This document shows, one piece after another, positions 1 through 6,306 of a stretch of DNA of 31,877 bases. The stretch's first letter is position 1, and the number at the start of each line of letters is the position of its first letter. Both the position numbers and the translations under genes were made by a program. The DNA comes from Thiotrichaceae bacterium (GTDB lineage Bacteria > Pseudomonadota > Gammaproteobacteria > Thiotrichales > Thiotrichaceae), in contig JALVEA010000180.1 in assembly GCA_027008665.1 (NCBI GenBank), positions 1-31,877 on the forward strand. Reading direction: 5' to 3'. The notes under the pieces were generated by a model that was not told where the DNA came from, made no database searches, and worked only from the letters and a program-made list of their open reading frames with translations.

Positions 1-322
1 GTGTTTTTTTACCATTAGTATCGAGCAAGGTAAATTTTCGTTTAGGTTGCATAATCGCCAAAGGTATACCGGGCAAACCGCCCCCACTTCCCACATCTAA
101 ACAGCTTTCACCTTCAATATAAGGCGCAACAGCAAGGCTATCAAAAATATGCAGGGGAATCATTTGTTGTGGATCACGTATTGCAGTGAGATTATAGGTC
201 TTATTCCAACAATGCAATAAGCTAACATATTGTTTTAATTGATGCCGTTGTTTATCACTCGCCTTACAATTTAGCTTTGCTAAACCCTGTTCCCAAAGAC
301 TATCTATTTTATTTGTATTCAT
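1..322 (-). CDS. rsmG: 16S rRNA m7G527 methyltransferase RsmG (GidB), 5' part; runs off window start
   Basis: Manual translation from ATG at 322: MNTNKIDSLWEQGLAKL...LLHCWNKTYNLTAIRDPQQMIPLHIFDSLAVAPYIEGESCLDVGSGGGLPGIPLAIMQPKRKFTLLDTNGKKT. Contains the WNKxYNLTA and DVGSGxGLPG motifs of RsmG. Not in the ORF track because it is truncated. Confidence 0.95.
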   Translation of the reverse strand, partial: MNTNKIDSLWEQGLAKLNCKASDKQRHQLKQYVSLLHCWNKTYNLTAIRDPQQMIPLHIFDSLAVAPYIEGESCLDVGSGGGLPGIPLAIMQPKRKFTLLDTNGKKT

Positions 323-362
323 TTGCCATACCCGCTACTCCTCGCCTTGCTACTACCCTTGC

Positions 363-388
363 TAGACGGGTTTTATAAACCCGTCTAC
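363..388 (-). repeat. REP-like palindrome, copy 1 (11-bp stem TAGACGGGTTT/AAACCCGTCTA, 3-nt loop; GTAG at its 5' end on the minus strand)
   Basis: Perfect inverted repeat 363-373/377-387 read directly; 368-386 matches 756-774 at 18/19 nt. Confidence 0.6.
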
Positions 389-414
389 ACCGTTTTACTC
401 TAAGTTTGTATTAA

Positions 415-714
415 TCAATTTAGTTTAGAAACGACCGAATAATGCTCAACCTCTGGAAAAGGTTCATAAAAATGATGCAATAAAGCTTTCCACTGCTGAT
501 ATTGTTCAGACTCTCTAAAACCTTCGGTATGATCCTCAAGCGTTTTCCAATTTACTAATAAAATATACTGATTTGGCTTCTCAATGCATTTTTGCAGTTG
601 ATGAGAAACATAACCTTCTATACTCGCAATAATCGACTGTGCCTCAGCAAAAGCCCTCTCAAACTGAACGTTCTGATTTTCTTTTATCTGCAAAATAGCC
701 ACTTCTAATATCAT
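415..714 (-). CDS. Antibiotic biosynthesis monooxygenase (ABM) family protein
   Basis: 99 aa, MILEVAILQI...YILLVNWKTLEDHTEGFRESEQYQQWKALLHHFY; typical ABM dimeric alpha/beta-barrel pattern. Confidence 0.85.
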   Translation of the reverse strand: MILEVAILQIKENQNVQFERAFAEAQSIIASIEGYVSHQLQKCIEKPNQYILLVNWKTLEDHTEGFRESEQYQQWKALLHHFYEPFPEVEHYSVVSKLN

Positions 715-755
715 TTTTTACCTCTATTTGAAGAAGCACTAAGCTTCCGCTGAAT

Positions 756-774
756 GGGTTTTGTAAACCCGTCT
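756..774. repeat. REP-like palindrome, degenerate copy 2
   Basis: GGGTTTTGTAAACCCGTCT versus GGGTTTTATAAACCCGTCT at 368-386. Confidence 0.55.
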
Positions 775-775
775 C

Positions 776-803
776 TTGCAACTTCTTAACTATACTATAG
801 AAT
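776..803 (+). promoter_or_regulatory. Candidate sigma70 promoter for argS
   Basis: TTGCAA (776-781), 16-nt spacer, TAGAAT (798-803), about 40 nt upstream of the argS ATG. Confidence 0.45.
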
Positions 804-842
804 TCTCTTTGATTTTTTTCAGCCATATTTAGGACATTTTAC

Positions 843-2570
843 ATGAACATCCGTCAACTTCTCGACCAACGCGTTTCAAACGCCCTTATTAGTGCAGGCG
901 CATCAAAGGACGTATCTGCTGTTATTAAGCAGTCTAATAAAGCACAATTTGGACAGTATCAGGCGAATGGCGTGATGGGGGCTGCAAAGAAATTAAAAAT
1001 GAATCCACGTCAACTTGCCACGCAGGTAGTCGATGCGCTTGATTTATCCGATATTGCTGACAAAGTAGAGGTTGCTGGACCTGGTTTTTTAAATATCCAC
1101 CTAAAGCCCGAATGGTTAAGTCAGCAACTTGAGTTGGCTTTGAATAGCGATAAATTAAATATTGAGCAAATAAAGCAACCACAAACAGTCGTAATTGATT
1201 ATTCAGGGCCTAATCTTGCTAAAGAAATGCATGTTGGACATTTGCGTTCAACCATTATTGGCGATGCCATTGTGCGAGTTTTACGCTTTATTGGGCATAG
1301 GGTAATCCCACAGAATCATGTCGGTGATTGGGGGACGCAATTTGGTATGTTATTAGCACATATGAATGACCTGCAAAGTGTTGATAATGAACTTTCTATG
1401 CAATTATCAGATTTAGAAGCTTTTTATCGTGATGCAAAAAAGCGTTTCGATGCTGAGCCTGATTTTGCTAAAACTGCCCGTGCTTATGTGGTAAAACTTC
1501 AAGCGGGTGATCCAAATTGTTTGCTTTTATGGCAACAGTTTATTGATATTTCATTACAGCATTGTGAAGATGTTTATCAGCGTCTCAATGTTTTATTAAC
1601 TCGTAATGATGTGATGCCAGAGAGTGCTTATAATGATGATCTTCCACAGGTTATTGCTGATCTTCGTGATGCAGGTTTGCTAACGGAAGATCAAGGCGCA
1701 CAATGTGTCTTTCTTGAAGAGTTCAAAGGCAAAGATAATAAAATTCTCCCTGCCATTGTGCAAAAATCAAATGGTGGCTATCTTTACGCAACCACTGACC
1801 TTGCCGCTTTGCGTTATCGTTATAATAAACTACATGCTGATCGTATTTTATATTTTGTCGATGCACGTCAAAGTTTGCACCTCAATCAAGTATTTGCAAT
1901 TGCCAAAAAAGCCCATTTTGTAGCCCCAGAAACACAGCTAGAACATATGGCATTTGGTACTATGATGGGCAAAAACGGTAAACCCTTTGCAACCCGTGAT
2001 GGGGGAACAGTTAAGCTGATTGACCTGCTTAAAGAAGCCGAACAACGCGCGTTTGATTTAGTCAATGAAAAAAATCCTGACCTTGATGAAGCAGAACGCA
2101 AAGCTGTTGCACAAACCGTTGGCATTGCCGCAGTTAAATATGCAGATTTGAGTAAAAACCGCAGCTCAGATTATATTTTCAATTGGGATACCATGCTCAG
2201 CTTTGAAGGTAATACAGCCCCTTATTTACAATATGCCTATGCACGTATTCAAAGTATTTTCCGCAAAGCAGGAGAATTTGATCATAATGCAATCTTAAAT
2301 TTAATTGAAACGCCCGAAAAACAATTAGCAATTAAATTATTACAACTGCCAGAGGCGATTGAAATCGTGTCTAAAGATGGAACGCCCAATATTTTATGCA
2401 ATTATCTCTTTGAATTAGCGGGGAATTTCATGACATTCTACGAAGCCTGCCCCATTTTAAAAGCAGATAAAGAAATTAAAAATAGTCGTTTAAAACTCGC
2501 TAAATTAACTGCTAAAACATTAAAAACAGGATTAGATTTATTAGGCATTAAAACATTAGAGCGTATGTAA
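843..2570 (+). CDS. argS: Arginine--tRNA ligase
   Basis: 575 aa; IDYSGPNLAKEMHVGHLRSTIIGD (HIGH motif), GDWGTQFG, KPFxTRxG, FEGNTAPYLQYAYARI and the C-terminal LERM. Confidence 0.98.
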   Translation: MNIRQLLDQRVSNALISAGASKDVSAVIKQSNKAQFGQYQANGVMGAAKKLKMNPRQLATQVVDALDLSDIADKVEVAGPGFLNIHLKPEWLSQQLELALNSDKLNIEQIKQPQTVVIDYSGPNLAKEMHVGHLRSTIIGDAIVRVLRFIGHRVIPQNHVGDWGTQFGMLLAHMNDLQSVDNELSMQLSDLEAFYRDAKKRFDAEPDFAKTARAYVVKLQAGDPNCLLLWQQFIDISLQHCEDVYQRLNVLLTRNDVMPESAYNDDLPQVIADLRDAGLLTEDQGAQCVFLEEFKGKDNKILPAIVQKSNGGYLYATTDLAALRYRYNKLHADRILYFVDARQSLHLNQVFAIAKKAHFVAPETQLEHMAFGTMMGKNGKPFATRDGGTVKLIDLLKEAEQRAFDLVNEKNPDLDEAERKAVAQTVGIAAVKYADLSKNRSSDYIFNWDTMLSFEGNTAPYLQYAYARIQSIFRKAGEFDHNAILNLIETPEKQLAIKLLQLPEAIEIVSKDGTPNILCNYLFELAGNFMTFYEACPILKADKEIKNSRLKLAKLTAKTLKTGLDLLGIKTLERM

Positions 2571-2582
2571 GGAATATCACTT

Positions 2583-2626
2583 GTTCCTAAATTTATTTGG
2601 GAACGCAGAATGGGGAATTTATTCCC
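2583..2626. repeat. Tandem pair of hairpins between convergent argS and queC (GTTCCTAAA-ttta-TTTGGGAAC; GGGAA-ttta-TTCCC); likely bidirectional terminator or REP-like element
   Basis: Inverted repeats 2583-2591/2596-2604 (one G-T pair) and 2613-2617/2622-2626; both are centred on AATTTATT. Confidence 0.55.
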
Positions 2627-2634
2627 GTATTGAA

Positions 2635-3309
2635 TCAGCTATCACTGTATCGAGTTGTATCCTCACATCCAGCATTTTCAAAGCCTTTTTTTCTTAACAG
2701 ACAGGCATCACAAACTCCACAGGCTTTTCCTTTATGATCGGCTTGATAGCAGGTGACTGTTTGCGAGTAATCAACACCGAGTTCATTCCCTGTGAGAATA
2801 ATATCAGCTTTAGTCATATTGATAAGTGGGGTGTGGATTTTAAATTGATCGCCTTCAATACCTGCTTTAGTGGCTAAATTTGCTGTTTTTTCAAATGCTT
2901 GAATAAATTCTGGACGACAATCAGGATAACCAGAATAATCAACGGCATTGACACCAATGAAGATAGCACGCGCTTCTAACACTTCTGCCCATGCTAAGGC
3001 AATGGAAAGAAAAACCGTATTACGTGCAGGTACATAGGTCAGTGGAATACCGTCGCTTGGCGTGGTTGGGACATCAATATGAGTATCGGTTAAGGCAGAG
3101 CCTCCAAAACGGGATAGATCTAAATCTATTATTTTGTGATCAATTTTTTTTGAGCTTGTAATACGTTCTGCTGCAGTTAATTCTACACTATGTCGTTGTC
3201 CGTAACGAAAACTGAGCGCATGGCATTCATACCCTTGCTTTATTGCTAATGCCAATAAGGTAACGGAGTCCATTCCGCCTGATAATAGAATCACTGCTTT
3301 TTTTTTCAC
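2635..3309 (-). CDS. queC: 7-cyano-7-deazaguanine (preQ0) synthase
   Basis: [32 protein letters not shown] and the Zn-binding CY...CGVCDAC motif; GTG start. Confidence 0.98.
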   Translation of the reverse strand: MKKKAVILLSGGMDSVTLLALAIKQGYECHALSFRYGQRHSVELTAAERITSSKKIDHKIIDLDLSRFGGSALTDTHIDVPTTPSDGIPLTYVPARNTVFLSIALAWAEVLEARAIFIGVNAVDYSGYPDCRPEFIQAFEKTANLATKAGIEGDQFKIHTPLINMTKADIILTGNELGVDYSQTVTCYQADHKGKACGVCDACLLRKKGFENAGCEDTTRYSDS

Positions 3310-3500
3310 TAATTTAACCTCATCATTTTATAAATATTTAGTGCTTTGTTCTGGCTAATGTACTAAATAGCACTGTCACCCACTTATTTCAACTGACATT
3401 CTAGGCTATGAAAATTGCATAACTTCCTTCCTTAGCACTGCAAAATTTGCTTATTCGGTCTAAAATTAGGGGAAAGATATTCTTTGTAACTAAAAGAGAC

Positions 3501-3523
3501 TGGAGCGGAATGAGAGATTCGAA
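3501..3523 (-). other. Isolated 3' fragment of tRNA-Gly (T-loop to CCA), att-site-like scar
   Basis: Minus strand reads TTCGAAT-CTCTC-ATTCCGC-T-CCA, i.e. T-loop, T-stem 3' strand, acceptor 3' strand ending CGC, U73 and CCA (Gly identity). The 5' T-stem strand, anticodon arm and D arm are absent. Confidence 0.7.
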
Positions 3524-3705
3524 ATAGATTTTCGGACTGACAAGCTTTTACAATATTGACGATGGGAATCTACCAGTTTGAGTATTCTGGAGTGGTTTTT
3601 TATTATTTGTTGAAAAAATACTCGCTAATTTAAGTGTGGCAATTCATGTTCTCAGCTAAAGAGATTTGCCACTATTTTATAAAAGTTGAGAGAGAGAAAA
3701 TTAGC

Positions 3706-4314
3706 ATGCTTAAAAAGATAGTTATTAGCTTAGTTTTGTTTGCCATAGTCATCGCTACAGCGATGTATTTTATGAATAAGACAGAATCTTCTGCGAAAGA
3801 ATCAATAGAAGAAATTGAGCTAAGCGAGGAAGAGGCTCGAGCGATTGAGATTTTAAATGAGGAAATGATACAAGATCAATGTGTTGTTTATGCAGATGAG
3901 GATAATGTTAAAGATGAGGAGTTGAAAGCTTATCTAAGCTCTTGTGTTGAACAATTAAAAGCTGAAGCAACAATGATTGAGCCAGCAGATGAAGATAGCC
4001 CTAAAACTAAGGAGGAAATCCGCAAACAATGTGCTGTTTATGCAAAAGAAGATAAAGTAGAAAAAGAAAAATTAGAGGATTATATGGATTTATGTATAGA
4101 ACAATTAGAAACCGAAGTTGTTGTTATTGATCCAGAAAATAAAGAGACAACAGAGAAGGTTGTGAGAGAAGAAAAGCAGATTAAGGAGAATACTGAGGTA
4201 GTGAATAAAGAGACAACAAAGCAGGTTGTGACAGAAGAAGAGCAGATTAAAGATAATACTAAGGTAGTAAATAAAAAATCAGATGATAGAAAACCGTCAG
4301 AAACTTTAAAATAA
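3706..4314 (+). CDS. Membrane-anchored or exported acidic protein with two PsiF-like C-x20-C repeats and a 22-aa tandem repeat
   Basis: The ORF track starts at 3634, but ATG 3706 gives MLKKIVISLVLFAIVIATAMYF (basic N-terminus plus hydrophobic helix). Repeats: CVVYADEDNVKDEELKAYLSSCVEQL and CAVYAKEDKVEKEKLEDYMDLCIEQL. Confidence 0.75.
   Translation: MLKKIVISLVLFAIVIATAMYFMNKTESSAKESIEEIELSEEEARAIEILNEEMIQDQCVVYADEDNVKDEELKAYLSSCVEQLKAEATMIEPADEDSPKTKEEIRKQCAVYAKEDKVEKEKLEDYMDLCIEQLETEVVVIDPENKETTEKVVREEKQIKENTEVVNKETTKQVVTEEEQIKDNTKVVNKKSDDRKPSETLK
4138..4269 (+). repeat. 66-bp (22-aa) intragenic tandem duplication
   Basis: NKETTEKVVREEKQIKENTEVV / NKETTKQVVTEEEQIKDNTKVV; 58/66 nt identical by manual count. 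Confidence 0.9.
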
Positions 4315-4332
4315 TCTATTTTAAAAATTCTA

Positions 4333-4357
4333 AAGCCTCTTTTTTAAAAAGAGGCTT
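4333..4357. terminator. Bidirectional intrinsic terminator between convergent genes
   Basis: AAGCCTC-TTTTTT-AAAAA-GAGGCTT palindrome between the stops of 3706-4314 and rluE. Confidence 0.7.
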
Positions 4358-4371
4358 CAATACTATTATTA

Positions 4372-4923
4372 TTAAATACCTTTTATCTCTCTATATTGTC
4401 CGTTTTTTAATCCATCAAGTGTCCAAGATCCAATACGATAACGAATTAAACGTAAAGTAGGGTAGCCAATAGCTGCTGTCATGCGACGTATTTGACGATT
4501 GCGACCTTCATAAATAGTCATTTCTAACCAAGTCTCAGGAATGTGTTTTCGATAACGTACAGGAGGGATTCTCTCCCAGAGTAAATAAGGACTAGCAATG
4601 CGTTTGATTTTTGCAGGTAGGGTTATGCCATCTTTAAGTTCGACCCCTTCACGTAAACACTGTAATTTCTTGTCAGTTACCTCACCTTCAACCAGTACCC
4701 AATAGGTTTTACTCATTTTATGATCAGGGTGTGCAATTTTATGTTGTAATTTGCCATTATCGGTTAACAATAAAAGTCCCTCGCTATCTTTATCTAGCCG
4801 ACCCGCAGGGTAAAAGCCCTTTTGTTGAATATAATCGGCAAGTGTTTCGCCTTGGTAATCATCTGTGCGACTAAACTGGCACAGCACAGCGTAGGGTTTA
4901 TTAAAAAGTATTAGTTTAGACAT
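4372..4923 (-). CDS. rluE: 23S rRNA pseudouridine synthase, RsuA family (RluE-like)
   Basis: No S4 domain; LFNKPY.VLCQF, YPAGRLDKDSEGLLLLT (catalytic Asp), RIPPVRYRKHIP, EGRNRQIRRMTAAIGYPTLRLIR. Confidence 0.9.
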   Translation of the reverse strand: MSKLILFNKPYAVLCQFSRTDDYQGETLADYIQQKGFYPAGRLDKDSEGLLLLTDNGKLQHKIAHPDHKMSKTYWVLVEGEVTDKKLQCLREGVELKDGITLPAKIKRIASPYLLWERIPPVRYRKHIPETWLEMTIYEGRNRQIRRMTAAIGYPTLRLIRYRIGSWTLDGLKNGQYREIKGI

Positions 4924-4980
4924 AGTAATATGTATTTTAAGTTATTTAATTAGGAAGTTTTATATAGGGCATCTGTATTA

Positions 4981-5382
4981 ATGAGAGCATCCAAAAATAT
5001 TGTTATCAAGCACATTACGGAACATTTAGATCAGTTGAATTCTCTATCGGATAGTGTTGCAGATTTCTTACGAATTAATAGAAAAATTCATCATTTATGG
5101 GTCAGTATAGAGAAAAATAAATTGCTTCTAATGACAGATGATAGTTCTTTTGCGACACAATTACGTTTTCAGCAACAGAGGGTACGTCAGCATGTGAATC
5201 AATTATTTTTGATAAAATTGAAAAGTGTCAAAATTAAAATTATTGTTATAAAACATCAAGCGAAAGAAGCAGCAAAAGAAAAACCTTTTCAGATATTACC
5301 GCAAACAGCAGATATCCTTTCCTCTATTGCCGATGGTATTGAAGATGAAGAGATAAGAGAAACTTTGCGAAGACTGCTTTAG
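4981..5382 (+). CDS. dciA: DciA (DUF721) family replicative helicase loading factor
   Basis: SSFATQLRFQ resembles the A.WATRLRY motif, and the C-terminal TADILSSIADGIEDEEIRETLRRL matches gammaproteobacterial DciA tails (by eye). Confidence 0.75.
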   Translation: MRASKNIVIKHITEHLDQLNSLSDSVADFLRINRKIHHLWVSIEKNKLLLMTDDSSFATQLRFQQQRVRQHVNQLFLIKLKSVKIKIIVIKHQAKEAAKEKPFQILPQTADILSSIADGIEDEEIRETLRRLL

Positions 5383-5462
5383 AAAAACCTAAATTTATAA
5401 GACAACGACGGCATGAGAGACTAAGGAAAAATTTTTCAGATATAGAAAGAGGATAAACTCAA

Positions 5463-5861
5463 ATGAGAACAATAAATCAAGCTATTGCACATTCTTGTAA
5501 AGAATATTTTTTAGACAGTAAAAAGTCTGAAAAAGAGATATTGAATAATTTAGAACAAATTAGCATCAATTTAGGTGAAGAAAAAACAGCTGTTTTTGTG
5601 TCAAAAGCTTATCGGGTACTGAAACAAGATACAGAAAAGTTGTATCTTAGTATTAAAAATCGTGATTTATCTTTATGTTCACAATACGCGCATAAATTAC
5701 GTGGCTCTTCTAATTTATATGCTAGCACAATTCTAGCGACTCTACTGCTTGAGCTAGTCGAAAATACGGAATCAATAATTGATGATGATGATCAATGCAA
5801 ATTATTATTTTGTGAGTTTGAGTTAGTCCTGAAAACATTGAAATTTAAGAGGTTATTGTAA
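5463..5861 (+). CDS. Stand-alone histidine phosphotransfer (Hpt) domain protein
   Basis: Helical protein with AHKLRGSS (H-x-L-K/R-G-S-S); the phospho-accepting His codon is at 5691; GAGGA RBS. Confidence 0.75.
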   Translation: MRTINQAIAHSCKEYFLDSKKSEKEILNNLEQISINLGEEKTAVFVSKAYRVLKQDTEKLYLSIKNRDLSLCSQYAHKLRGSSNLYASTILATLLLELVENTESIIDDDDQCKLLFCEFELVLKTLKFKRLL

Positions 5862-5946
5862 TAATTCTTACTAAAAATTAGCTTTATCTTTCTGTATAAA
5901 AAACATACATTTCTTGTTTCATTAATGCTATGTTCAGGAGAGAAGC

Positions 5947-6294
5947 ATGACAAAATTTGTAATTTCTTTATTATTATGGGGAATGATTTCGCTACAAAGT
6001 TCTGCGATGATGTTGTCACCTATTGTAGAAAAGAAAGAAGGCGGGCAACCCTATAGAATAGAGCTTAAATCCATTAGCTATTTTTACCGTTTGAATATCT
6101 ACGATGAAAATCATATTTTATTAGACAGCACCATTCAGTTTACACGTGGACATGATCTAGATGCTTTTATCGTTGAAAGTGAAAGTAACGATGGTGATTT
6201 AAAAGTATTAGTGGTCATGAGTTTAGATGAGGATACGGATGCCTATGATTTCTTTAGTTTTAACGGCATCTCTTTATCAAAAGAATCCGTTTAA
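5947..6294 (+). CDS. Hypothetical exported protein
   Basis: AGGAG RBS; signal-peptide-like N-terminus MTKFVISLLLWGMISLQSSA; no family recognised. Confidence 0.6.
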   Translation: MTKFVISLLLWGMISLQSSAMMLSPIVEKKEGGQPYRIELKSISYFYRLNIYDENHILLDSTIQFTRGHDLDAFIVESESNDGDLKVLVVMSLDEDTDAYDFFSFNGISLSKESV

Positions 6295-6306
6295 AACTTA
6301 AAATTG

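Noticed and set aside
1981-2010. ArgRS KPFATRDG lacking the Lys of KPFKTR
   Set aside because: The KMSKS-equivalent motif is known to be degenerate in ArgRS (for example MSTR); not exceptional.
3310-3500. Canonical preQ1-I riboswitch upstream of queC
   Set aside because: GUGGGUGACAGU resembles some preQ1-I 5' ends, but there is no complementary CCCAC P1 strand or correctly placed A-rich tail.
3501-3580. Complete tRNA gene
   Set aside because: No 5' acceptor strand (GCGG...), no T-stem 5' strand and no anticodon arm; only 23 nt match.
3634-3705. ORF-track N-terminal extension of the acidic repeat protein
   Set aside because: ATG 3706 gives a clean signal/anchor N-terminus; the extra 24 aa look non-coding.
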